From assembly GCF_006345805.1 (NCBI RefSeq), contig NC_043000.1, positions 89,900,001-89,964,000 of the forward strand: a stretch of 64,000 nucleotides of DNA, written 5' to 3'. Of this stretch, positions 1-12,116 are shown piece by piece. A program made the position numbers and the translations under genes. The notes beneath the pieces are model-generated. The model did no database searches. It was not told the origin of the DNA and was given only the letters and a program-made list of their open reading frames with translations. This stretch comes from Octopus sinensis. Its lineage: Eukaryota. The stretch's first letter is position 1, and each line of letters opens with the position of its first letter.

Positions 1-367
1 AGAGTAAAGTGTATGTATGTTTATGGGTCTTTGTAAGATGAGAATTCCGACAGAATCAGGTACTTGAAAAGGTATGTGCCAGGTAGGGTTGGGTAAAATC
101 TGTGGTCCCTGCCTATGGCTGGTGAGAGTCGAAATATCAAATAGGATATTTCGGTTGTGTACACAGAGGAAACCAATCCTATGAGTATTTAGCGCCTAAG
201 GGGCTAATCCAAATTACACGTTACTTTGTGTAGTACGTTGTTGGTATACTCTAGGGTGACTGACAAGTCGTAAATTCCTTTGGTGAAATCAAATGAATAA
301 TAACGTACGATGGATAACTGTCAGCTCATTACAGCTGACAATTATCCATCGTATATTATTTTTATTG

Positions 368-479
<112 letters not shown>

Positions 480-801
480 TTACTCTTTTATTTGTTTCAG
501 TCATTGACTGTGGCCATGCTGAGCACCGCCTTTAGTCGAGCAAATCGACCCAAGAAATTATTCTTTGTAAGCCTAGTACTTATTCTATCGGTCTCTTTTG
601 CCGAACTGCTAAATACGCGGACGTACGTAACGCACCAGCATCGGTTGTCAAGCGATGTTGGGGGACAACACAGACAAACATACACACACACACACACCAC
701 ACACCACACACACACACACAACACCACACACACACACACATATATATATATATAACGACGGGCTTCTTTCAGTACATACGTACATACACATACACACACA
801 G

Positions 802-838
<37 letters not shown>

Positions 839-1378
839 AACGGCGGGCTCTTTCAGTACATACGTACAGACACATACACACACACACACGCACACACACA
901 CACACACAGCATATATATATATATATTATATATATATATATATTATAATTATATATATATAATATTATATATATATATATATAATATATATATATATATC
1001 CCCATTTTCTCATAATCATTGTTCTTGTCTTTTCCTTTCTGTTTCCTCTCATCGATTTCTCTAGTCCCCTCTGGAGACATAAAAAATCATGATAGCATTC
1101 TATGAAATTGTTGTTGCCCCTGACTTCTACATGAGTGTCTCCTTCGCAATCCGATAAATTTCAACAGTTCTTCATTGTACTCCTAGCTTTGACGATCATA
1201 TCAAGGTGAGTCATTTTGTTATTTCTTTCTCTCTAGTTTAAATTACCTGATGAAAGCGGTTTTTCCATGATGTAATCGTAGCAATCGAACTATTCATTAT
1301 GGGATGACCTGATACATACATACATACATCCATACATACATACATACATACAACCTACAACTACATACATATATATTA

Positions 1379-1546
1379 TAGGCCTAGGAGTGGCAGTGTG
1401 GTAAGTAGCTTTAACGAACCACATGGTCGGGTCAGTCCTAGTGCGGGCAACTTCTACTATAGCCTCGGGCCGACAAAGTCTTTGAGTGGATTTGGTAGAC
1501 GGAAACTGAAAGAAGCCCGTCGTATGTTGTGTGTGTATGTGTGTGT

Positions 1547-1593
<47 letters not shown>

Positions 1594-1810
1594 GGTGTGT
1601 GTGTCTGTGTTTGTCCCCCAACATCGCTTGACAACGATGCTGGTGTGTTTACGTCCCCGTAACTTAGCAGTTCGGCAAAAGAGACCGATAGAATAAGTAC
1701 TAGGCTTACAAAGAATAAGTTCTGGGGTCGATTTGCTCGACTAAGGCGATGCTCTAGCATGGCCGCAGTCAAATGACTGAAACAAGTAAAAGAGTAAGAG
1801 TAAAAGAGTA
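1379..1810 (+). mobile_element. tRNA-derived SINE family A (head + internal (TG)n + tail ending (AAGAGT)n)
   Basis: Box A TGGCAGTGTGG, box B GG(T)TCAGTCC, body gagtggatttggtagacggaaactgaaagaagcccgtcg, tail ...ggccgcagtcaaatgactgaaacaagtaaaagagta. Confidence 0.88.
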
Positions 1811-2470
1811 CCATTCCCTGTATATCTGGTTATATATCAGAGTAGCCTCTCCTAGACACATGCTTCAACAACAGCTAAGGGATGCTTCACTCCCAGTGGC
1901 CTTCCAGCCCCCGGACACCATCTCGGAATTTCTGCGTGCCCATGCTATTGCTAGAGAGTCGTTGAACATGCACTAGGTTCATCCGGCCTTTTAACAGGTT
2001 TTGTTTTAGTCCTGCTGGGTTTCTAGTAACCATCCTCACCAGGCTATCTTGGTGGGGGTGCCGGCTTAGTAGCCGACAGCTAGACCATGCATATATATAT
2101 ATAATATATATATATATATCCCCATTTTCTCATAATCATTGTTCCTTGTCTTTTCCTTTCTGTCTTCCTCTCATATCGATATCTCTCTAGTCCCCTCTGG
2201 AGACATAAATAAATCATGATAGCATTCTATGAAATTGTTGTTGCCCCTGACTTCTACTATGAGTGTCTCCTTCGCAATCCGATAAATTTCAACAGTTCTT
2301 CATATGTACTCACTAGCTTTGACGATCATATCAAGGTGAGTCATTTTGTTATTTCTTCTCTACCTAAGTTTAAATTACCTGATGAAAGCGGTTTTTTTCC
2401 ATGATGTAATCGTAGCAATCGAACTATTCATTATGGGATGACCTGATACATACATACATACATACATACA

Positions 2471-2505
<35 letters not shown>

Positions 2506-2508
2506 TTA

Positions 2509-2703
2509 TAGGCCTAGGAGTGGCAGTGTGGTAAGTAGCTTGCTAACGAACCACATGGTTCCGGGTTCAGTCCTAGTGCGTGGCAACTTCTACTATAGCC
2601 TCGGGCCGACCAAAGTCTTATGAGTGGATTTGGTAGACGGAAACTGAAAGAAGCCCGTCGTATGTGTGTGTGTGTATGTGTGTGTGTGTATGTGTGTGTG
2701 TGT

Positions 2704-2749
<46 letters not shown>

Positions 2750-2956
2750 TGTGTTTGTCCCCCAACATCGCTTGACAACCGATGCTGGTGTGTTTACGTC
2801 CCCGTAACTTAGCAGTTCGGCAAAAGAGACCGATAGAATAAGTACTAGGCTTACAAAGAATAAGTTCTGGGGTCGATTTGCTCGACTAAAGGCGATGCTC
2901 TAGCATGGCCGCAGTCAAATGACTGAAACAAGTAAAAGAGTAAGAGTAAAAGAGTA
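2509..2956 (+). mobile_element. SINE family A
   Basis: Duplicate of 1379-1810 within the 1.1 kb tandem unit. Confidence 0.88.
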
Positions 2957-3231
2957 CCATTCCTGTATATCTGGTTATATATCAGAGTAGCCTCTCCTAG
3001 ACACATGCTCAACAACAGCTAAGGGATGCTTCACTCCCAGTGGCCTTCCAGCCCCCGGACACCATCTCGGAATTTCTGCGTGCCCATGCTATTGCTAGAG
3101 AGTCGTTGAACATGCACTAGGTTCATCCGGCCTTTTAACAGGTTTTGTTTTAGTCCTGCTGGGTTTCTAGTAACCATCCTCACCAGGCTATCTTGGTGGG
3201 GGTGCCGGCTTAGTAGCCGACAGCTAGACCA

Positions 3232-3283
<52 letters not shown>

Positions 3284-3462
3284 ATATATATACATATGCA
3301 CACATATATGTATATATTTATGTATATGTGTAAATAGGCATATATTTATGTATGAACGCATGTGTATGAATGTATGTTTGTATATACGTATGTATATTTG
3401 CATGTAAGCACGCATGTATACAAATATGTATGTATGCGGACATGCATGTATGTATATATGTA

Positions 3463-3888
3463 TACTCTTTTACTCTCTCTTTTACTGTTTTACTTGTTTC
3501 AGTCATTTGACTGCGGCCACGCTGGAGCACCGCCTTTTTTAATCGAGCAACTCGACCCCGGGACTTATTCTTTGTAAGTCCAGTACTTATTCTATCGGTC
3601 TCTTTTGCCGAACCGCTAAGTAACGGGGACATAAACACACCAGCATTGGTTGTCAAGCAATGCTAGGGGGACAAACACAGACACACAAACACACACACGC
3701 ATATATATATATATACATATATACGACGGGCTTCTTTTCAGTTTCCGTCTACCAAATCCACTCACAAGGTTTTGGTCGGCCCGAGACTATAGAAGAAGAC
3801 ACTTGCCCAAGATGCCACGCAGTGGAACTGAACCCAGAACCATGTGGTTGGTTAGCAAGCTACTTACCACACAGCCACTCCTGCGCCT
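3463..3888 (-). mobile_element. SINE family A, full length
   Basis: Reverse complement of the same consensus, ending ...cagccactcctgcgccta. Confidence 0.9.
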
Positions 3889-3988
3889 ATGTATGTGTGT
3901 ATGCACTATGTACACGCAGGCATATTTTCATATATGTGTCTCAGTGTATGAATATACAGATAGCTATACATACATATATCTATGTGCG

Positions 3989-4021
<33 letters not shown>

Positions 4022-4859
4022 GTATGCATGCATTTGTGTATGTGCATATGCATGCATGCATATATGTATGTATATGTGTGAGTATGTATGTATGTATGTA
4101 TGTATGTATGTATGTATGTATGTATGTGCAATGTATGCACTAGAGATTATTTCTGTTTGTAAAATCAGTGACTCACTCCGAAACAGCCTGACTCCTGGTT
4201 TGTATTTTTTACATTAATATGGCAGCCATAGCTGAAATGTAAAATTTTGTGGTATTCTCTAAAGTATGGTGTGTACATGCATATATTTACATACAAATAT
4301 ATGCATGTGTACATAGTGTATATAATGGATCATGATCCAAAATGTATCCTTGTGAAGCATATCCACATGTTCACATTAATCAAATGTATGTATTAAGATG
4401 TTTTATATCGAATAGGATAGATACAGCAATTGAAATTTCCAGTGAATTCTTTTTAACGAGCAATCAAATACCAAAAGAGAAGAGTGAAAAAGTTGTTTTA
4501 TCTTTAACTCCATGTTATTCGTGTTTCGTTACAGGATAGGAGTTATAAAGATATACATGTAGAAAAGATGTATAGAATCTCGTATCTGTGATTTTACAAA
4601 GATTCAAAAATAGTTTTATTATTTAGTATTTTTTTTTTATCTTTATCTGAGAATTATGGATAGGAGAATCTAAGCATTTTTCTACGTGTATAACTTAGTA
4701 AACTCACATCCTGTAATGAAACACGTGTCACACGGAATTGAAAATATATACAAATTTTCCGGTCGTTTGTTTTGATACATGTATGTATGTATGTATGTAT
4801 TATGTATGTATGTATGTATGTATGTATGTATGTATGTATGTATGTATGTGTATTATGTA

Positions 4860-5237
4860 CACTGGCGAAAATAAATTTAAAACCGATGATAAAAGTTCTA
4901 TTTCTTACAAAATATTTTCTTACTAACACCATACAAATTATTCTTATCTTTTACACCTTATGCAGAATTTATTTCTCTTTCGAATGATGCAGTCAATAAC
5001 TATTTTTTATACAACTTGAAGAATTCTAATGCTAAATTAATATAGACGTTTCAAATTTACCAGTAAAATTAGTTTAAGACCATGTAATACGTATACAAAT
5101 TTTTTTACCAAAATGGGTGGTCACACCCATTTTGCATAAGGTGTAAAAATTGAAAATAATTTGTATGGTGTTAGTAACAAAATATTTTGTAAGAAATAGA
5201 ACTTTTATCATCGGTCTTAAATTTATTTTCGCCAGTG
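4860..5237. mobile_element. TA-flanked MITE with ~110 bp TIRs (Tc1/mariner-like), inserted in a (TATG)n tract
   Basis: TA-CACTGGCGAAAATAAATTTAA... and ...AAATTTATTTTCGCCAGTG-TA; arms ~4860-4968 and ~5129-5237. Confidence 0.85.
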
Positions 5238-5689
5238 TATGTATGTATGTGTGTATGTATGTATGTATGTATGTATGTATGTATGTATGTATGTATGTAC
5301 GAGTCATGGTGATAGTCTTTATGTGGGCAAAGACTAAAAATCTCACCTCTGTAGTTTAGGTCGTAGCGCTCGCCTTTCACGGCCATTTGCGTGATGTAAA
5401 TTACATAATCAAACCGCATCGTCAACTCTTCAGTAAGGTGTTACCTTTATACGCAACGTTAGTGGAGTGTAGAATTCTTGACGAAAGTAACCATCGTGAA
5501 GACAGCAACCAACTCTGCGATGGCTACTTCTTTGAAGAAATCTTTAATCCAGTGATGTTACGTATAAACGTTATATATGTCTCTGAAGTTTTGACAATTA
5601 TGTAACTACTAATTATTTCTGTTAATGAAATATATGTAAATGGTGTAGTTAAACATCTTTAAAAATCTCTAACGTTTTACAGTTCTATA

Positions 5690-5839
5690 TTAATGGATGA
5701 GGAATTATGTTCATTATTTACATTATTTACATTCGACGGATATTTGACCTCATCTTGTTTGTTTCGGCTGATATACCCTCCAGCCTTCTTCAGGTGTCTT
5801 AGGGAAATTTCGAACCTAGGTTCTCATTCGATGTTGTTG

Positions 5840-5876
<37 letters not shown>

Positions 5877-6779
5877 CATTGTTGTTGTTGTTGTTGTTCA
5901 GGTCACTGCTTGAAATCGAACTCGGAATCTTGGGGTAGTTGTTGCTTGGTGCGTGTTATGGATTCAGGACATCCGTACACTGCAAGCCGCCCTTTACTGG
6001 ACGATACCTCAACTTCAATTCCCACCATCCATACAGTGTAAAGAGAAGGATTTCTCAGTGCCTAAAACATCATGCAAAGAATATAAGTAGCGATCATGAT
6101 ACACACCACGAAGAAATGATCGAGTCCAATAACGATTTGTTATGCAACAACTACCCCAAAAGTATACTATCCACTCAACTTATGAAGAAGAGAGAGGATG
6201 AGGCTAATAAACTGTCCACTGTCTGTCTACCCTATGTGAAAGGCCTCTCCGAAAAGATACAAAAGATATGCAGCCCATATGACATCAGGAGAGTATTCAA
6301 GAGTAATACAACACTTCGCAAATATCTCCTTTAAGTAAAACCACAATAGAAGAGAATATGACCAAAGACTGCGTGTACTCCATCCCATGCGGCTGTGGCA
6401 GGTTATAAAAAGGCGAAACATGCCGCCCCCTCAAAATAAGAGTAGACGAACATCTCAAAGCTGTGACACGAGGAGATATTGACAAATTGGGTATAGCTGA
6501 TCATGTATGGAAAAATGGAGACCACCTCCCTCTGTGGGATGAAGTTAAAATAACAGACAGAGAACACCACTGAAAAATACGAAAACTAAAAGAAGCAGCA
6601 CATATGCTAGGACACAACCTCCTAAGCAGACCAAGTGCAGAGATGAGTAGCATATGGGAACCGGTATTAAGGAAGTATAGAAAAATATTAGATTTATAAG
6701 CTCTAAAATTCACTCCATAATTCTCTACGGGCATATACCATAGTGGTTAAGTGCGCGAGCTACTAACCCCAAGATTCCG
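5690..6779 (+). mobile_element. Decayed 5'-truncated Penelope-like element (Penelope/Poseidon type): RT C-terminus + GIY-YIG endonuclease, with an inverted copy of its terminal region at 5690-5939
   Basis: TSVHCKPPFTGRYLNFNSHHP (RT end), LPYVKGLSEKI, then after a stop CVYSIPCGCGRL*KGETCRPLKIRVDEH...IADHVW...RKLKEAAHM (GIY-YIG). 6762-6779 matches the reverse complement of ~5923-5939. Confidence 0.88.
5761..5798 (-). ncRNA. Hammerhead relic in the inverted PLE terminal copy (cleavage site missing)
   Basis: Minus strand: GACAC-CTGAAGA-A-GGCTG(gagggtatat)CAGCC-GAAAC, then no NUH or 3' strand of stem I. Confidence 0.5.
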
Positions 6780-6858
6780 TTAGATAAGTTAGGGACAGGT
6801 GTTCTCTGTACAGAATACACTTCGATGTGCTCAAGAGATTTGATCATGGGCAGGTAGA

Positions 6859-7406
6859 GGAGTAAAAGTAAGGACAAGCAAATTAGGTAAGTCGATTTAC
6901 ATAGAATATTAAATAAAGTTAATACAAAAAAATGTACATGTGTATGGATATAAAATAATCCGACTTACAGAATATAAATGATATCAGGAGTTAAGTGGGC
7001 AGCGTTTTACGAGTCCAATAGCTATTTCTGGTGGCTTGGTAGTCCGGAATAATTATAGTTACTTGGATCCATTCTCGGACAACACTGCCTCCATCTTCAG
7101 AGGAGAGTCTTACATTTGAGTTGTTGGATTCCATCCTGTCAACACCTCAAATGTAAAACTCACCCCTGACGACGGAGGCAGTGTTGTCCGAGAATGGATC
7201 CAAGTAACTATAATTATTCCGGACCACCAAGCCCCCAGAAACAGCTGTTGGACTCGTAAAACGCTGCCCACTTAACTCCTGATATCATTTATATTCTGTA
7301 AATCGGATTATTTTATATCCATACACATGCACATTTTTTGTATTAAGTTTATTTAATATTCTATGTAAATCGACTTACCCAACTTGCTTGTCATTACTTT
7401 TACTCC
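6859..7406. repeat. ~550 bp imperfect palindrome
   Basis: Arms ~6859-7125 and ~7140-7406 are reverse complements (for example ggatccattctcggacaacactgcctcc / ggaggcagtgttgtccgagaatggatcc). Confidence 0.93.
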
Positions 7407-8625
7407 TATATACATATTCACATGTACACGTATGATGCTACTCTATACTCCCATCTATAACTCTGAAATCCTACAAACTGTCCACTGAGAGGATTCTACC
7501 TTCGAATGCAAAATTCCTGGAAAGGTTATAGAATTATCCTCTCACCATTCGATGGCATCACGAGAAACTATACGGATTTAACAGCCAATGATTTGAAGAG
7601 ACAACATATGTTTTCTTCAGGTACTGAGAGAAGGAGAAATCACTTCCCAGTCCCGTTTTGTCTAACCACTCCAGGACCAACCCAACATCATACGGAGTAT
7701 CGTCGACAGAGTCTCTTCTTACCCATCTGGAGCTCATGCTCTCAAGGGGAGCCTGAGGGGTATGTGCACCTGTCAAGAAAAGAAGTACGCCCTTCTAAAT
7801 AACGCAATTATGCCCTTTTCTCCTGGAATTGTAATCCCTTCTGACCTTATACGCTCCCTTCAAAAAATTCCTGGGACCGCGCCTGAGCTGACAATTGCCA
7901 ACCCTATATCCAAGTGAAATTTCATATATGGCAACAGCCTGCAATATCAATTAACAAGAAAACTAATCTATCGTATTAATGCCACCAAAGAAATGCTCTT
8001 TTAATGAACTTTAAACTATTGGTTGCTGATAAAGACCGTCGTAATTCCAGCTATCTCATATATAATTCAACGTAAACGACCCATTTGTTTATAATGAGAT
8101 TCCCTTTCCGCATAATATCAGTGCAGACTGCCAGTACAAATACACAGCTACAAATAAATATATCAAACGCTGCTATTGCACGATACACAGCACAGTCACC
8201 TGAGACAGATAAGATGTACGTTTCTATGGAATGTTGTTAACGTATGGAATGTATAACCTGACACATCACTAGATCAGTTACCTCTCCACTTGGAACACTA
8301 AGCATACTACTCTATTCATTCCACTCCATTTCTTCCCATTCCTATTTGACGTCGTTGACAAAATCATACAAGCTTGTATGTACAATTACTTGGCACCACA
8401 AACATGTTCAATCTATCACGTGGAATCCGAAACAGAATTATCTGTTGTCGCTGTTTAACCAATTTGTTTGCACGACAAGAGTGAATCGATGGAACTTCAC
8501 CCTCTCTTAAAAACCATTTTTATTTCCCTTCACGCCGGACATCGACATTTGGTGAATTAGGAGATTATCTAAGTTAACGAAACATTGAGTATGTGAAGTC
8601 GTGTCAGATTGTTAATAAACACTTT

Positions 8626-9015
8626 TAAAGAATAAAAAGTTTTTTGACTGGTACAGCAATGCACTGTAATACAGACAATGGGCTATATACCTGTTGTAAT
8701 TTAGTCATCTGATGTGATATTTCATGATATTTGATGTGATATTTCAGAATATAAAATTCCTTCTTCAGATATTCTTAGATGGAGTCGCTGCTATAATCAG
8801 TTTTCTAACGACTTTTCTATATATATAAAAATAAATAAAAAAGAAAAGCCGTTAGAAAACCGATTATGGCAGCGACTCCATCTAAGAATATCTGAAGAAG
8901 GAATATTATTCCGAAATATCATATCAGACTATGGATGACTAAATTACAACAGGTATATAGCCCATTGTCTGTATTATAGTGCATTGTTGTGTCATTCAAA
9001 ACTTTTTATTCTTTA
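8626..9015. repeat. ~390 bp imperfect palindrome with AT-rich centre
   Basis: Arms ~8626-8818 and ~8842-9015 (ttcttcagatattcttagatggagtcgctgc / gcagcgactccatctaagaatatctgaagaa). Confidence 0.93.
8892..8928 (+). ncRNA. Hammerhead-like core in right arm of the 8.6-9.0 kb palindrome
   Basis: CTGAAGA-A-GGAAT(att)ATTCC-GAA-ATATCATAT-C-AGA; mirror copy on the minus strand in the left arm; stem I poorly paired. Confidence 0.45.
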
Positions 9016-9176
9016 CAAACAATACGCAATGCTTCAAGCGAACTACAACACTCTCCTAAACACTTTTAACTCTCACATGTCTTAAGTTCTACTATCTTTC
9101 ATTTGTTTACTCATAAATTTCAAGAATGTGTGTGTGTGTTTGTGTGTGTGCATTTAACTGTATATAACGCATGTAT

Positions 9177-9207
<31 letters not shown>

Positions 9208-12116
9208 ATATGTATATACGTGTGTGTGCGCGCGCGCGCCTGTGTGTGTATATACATGGATATACAAGCATACATGCATATATATAACTACTCGCATATA
9301 CATTTACACCTATGTATATCATATGTAAATGCGGCACGCCTTAAATTGCTCTGTTCATTCAGGTGCAGTTGTTTGTTATTGTGATTCAATAGCAAATTAT
9401 TTTTTTTGTATAATCCAAAAAGGTGGGGAGGTTCTTTTGCCTTCACACGCCTTCCTAGAATTATATGGTTGCTGTTTTAGTTATAGGGGAAAATGTCGAG
9501 TAAGAAAGAACCTCAGAAGCTTGCAATTCTAGGTAAAGGTTTAGATGAAGTGTTTAGCGTAGGGAGTAGAAGCAAAACAGTAAAGGCAAACCAGCCAAGG
9601 GAATTGGATAGTCTTCACTGATGATTGTGTCTAGAGGCGCAAGTATGTTCTAGAAATGATTGAAAAATTCAGTACCGAAAATACAGCCCGAAGAGGATGA
9701 AGGGCTGTGTTTTTGGATTTTGTAAGGGCTCACATAATGAATAAATTTCCAAAAGGGTTGCAGATCAAGGAAGGAATGATTAAGTACCTGTTAGGTGTTG
9801 GATAGGCAGGGTAAGTTACAGTGTGGGGGAATAAGCATAGATTGGGTTCGGGGGTAGGCGGCTTCTGGGTTGCTAGCTCCCAGGAGCTGAGAGAAGAGAT
9901 AATCTGTGAGCCACTGGTTGTACTGTTTCGTTTGGATACGGTCTTCTATGATGTTTTTTTAAAATATAGCAGCAACAGTGGCTGCACCATCGTGAACGCG
10001 CGTGGCCTAGTCGTTAGGGTATGATACACACGAGCTTAAGATCGCGGTTTCAATTCCTGAACCGAGTAATGCGTTGTATTCTTGAGCAAAACACTTTCAC
10101 GTTGCTCCAGTTCACTCGGAAGCAAATGAATTTCAGGAATAACTGGGAAGTTATCTTCACAATGGATTCGCGTCTCAATCAGAGAGGAAGTATTGTCATC
10201 TCAGTCACTTACACGCCATGAGAACCTGGATAAGCTGCGGTCTTATGAGTCCTAGGGCACATGACAGACTTAAACAAGCTACACTGTCCTTGATATGCCA
10301 GTAGTACTTTAATGTGGGGCATACTTGAGCTTAACAGGTGACCAGTAAATGACCTTTTGTAGAAATAAACGAATAACAATGGTTTCGTCCTTAACCACAG
10401 GTCCTCACGCAGAAGAAGAAAGAGAACACAGAGCTCCGTTGCGAACAAGCAGGATGAATGTACAACTACCAAAGGCTGCAGAGAAATCGTACTTCATTCC
10501 TTACCCATCTACTCACGCATGCAAACAGTCTTTTTCGACGAAACGTCATACTCAGCCGATTTGCTCCCAGTGTCACTTCTGCCCACCATTCCAGATGATC
10601 ATCTCCATCTACTCCTATAGCTCACAGCACCACACATTCTCCTGATATCAAGATCACTTCATGCAATAGCGAGCATCCCCCTACAAAATATCTCTAAACA
10701 ACGAGAAGGTATTAACAGTCTATATGTACTCATCAGTACAATTGTTGCCATCCAAGTTCAGCTGAGAAATCCAGTATAACCCCGACCTTCACATCATCTC
10801 GTAGTTGGTTGCCCACCAACGTGGACATCGCTCCTTGTGCAACCTTCACAGAATTGCAATGTTGGCCTCGACCGTTTCTCATCTTTAGTTACTGGCTTCA
10901 TCATCCGATGAGCCAATCGCTGTTCGAACCTCGTGATCCCTACGGACATCTGAGTCAAATTTCAGACCGAAAACAATGTTTTTCCCACCCTCATATGGTG
11001 CATATCATGCATTTTCTGCAACTTCAGGTCTCCCAAGCTGCACATTCTTTGTCCAATGCTCCTCTTTTGTCTTCGTTCCTTCTTTTGTCTTCGTTCCTTA
11101 TTTTCTTTTTCTTTTATTTCGCTTTTCCATTGTTTTATTGAAAGCAGTTTGAAAACAGTGATTCCAAGAAATCAAGAGATAACCAGCAGTTTTAAAGGGG
11201 AGTACTTGATTAATGTAGAGTTAGTGATGATTGTACTGGTATGACACGATAATTACTGAAAACGACGTTTCAGCTGATTTTTAATTAAGCAGGAAGTCAA
11301 GTTTTGTGGATGCGAGACTAAATAGTCACAGTGATTTTCTACAAATGATTTTTTTCCATCAGTAATACGTCAAGAAAAGATGTCCCACACTTGGAACATT
11401 CTCACGTGCTAAACTTAAGCGGGTTCTAAAGCCAGCAGCAACAATAAAGATTTCAAGCTAATATAGCTAAGAATGAAGCTCATAGTAACCTTGAGACTAA
11501 CTGTAAACCTGAGGCCCGTCGTGAACAAAATGCTACCAGACAGATTTCAGATAGACAACTGGACGTGACGCCTGATGAATAACAGGCTTGCCTTTTAGAA
11601 AAAACTGCTACACATTGAAAATGACATTCAAAATGATAGTATCGATAGTTTTCATATTCTTCATCGAGTGACAGTGAAATTGTCGAATATTTTGGTCTTT
11701 GTTTTAATGGGTTTCGAGACTGCAAGAACGGTCGGGATAGCAACCACTTTCAGTATTTGATTACCAACAATTACTCAGTATCGAACGTAGTACCAGCTAT
11801 GGCTTGAAAAATCATTTGAGATTATACGGTAGGATAATTCACGATCGTATCTTTGATAAGATATGCTCCTTTATCCATCACAACAGATCCTGGGATGATA
11901 TAATTAAATAGTTACGAAGAGTTTGTCTTACTAATATAGAGTATAACATTGAATATTGTAAGTTCTTAAAATGAAGTTTATTTTTCTGGTATTGTTATTA
12001 CTATGAACAACATTATGTTAATTAATAGGCTTGTGTTTAAAGCTATGTCATTTAAAAGAGAAAAAAACAATTTTTCATATTCATGCATAGTTTGCTAAAA
12101 TCGCCTTACTCTAGAC

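Larger units (their letters stand above)
1001..3234 (+). repeat. ~1.12 kb tandem duplication (2 copies)
   Basis: cccattttctcataatcatt at 1001 and 2121; both units end in tagaccatgc. Confidence 0.95.

Noticed and set aside
492-755. Recurrent ORFs of the type AMLEHRL..LFFVSLVLILSVSFAELLSYGDVN / MSSDVGG / RRASFSFRLPNPL, and the SINE-C and RTE-UTR equivalents
   Set aside because: Chance frames in SINE consensus sequences, recurring wherever the SINE occurs
757-910. ~85-bp local duplication (acgacgggcttctttcagtacatacgtac, twice)
   Set aside because: Lies in the indel-rich, low-quality start of the window; most likely slippage or consensus error
1241-1290. ATTAC-CTGATGA...GTAAT (also ~2375-2420)
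   Set aside because: Stem-I-like flanks, but no GAAA box or stem II; cannot be called a hammerhead
5360-5440. Minus-strand CTGAAGA...GAAA
   Set aside because: No stem I pairing and only patchy stem II
7506-7802. 98-aa ORF between the palindromes
   Set aside because: No recognisable motif; another frame has stops and only a vague resemblance to a decayed endonuclease tail
9555-9610. CTGATGA...GAAATGATT
   Set aside because: Stem I and II registers are incompatible; expected by chance in AT-rich DNA (same for 11572)
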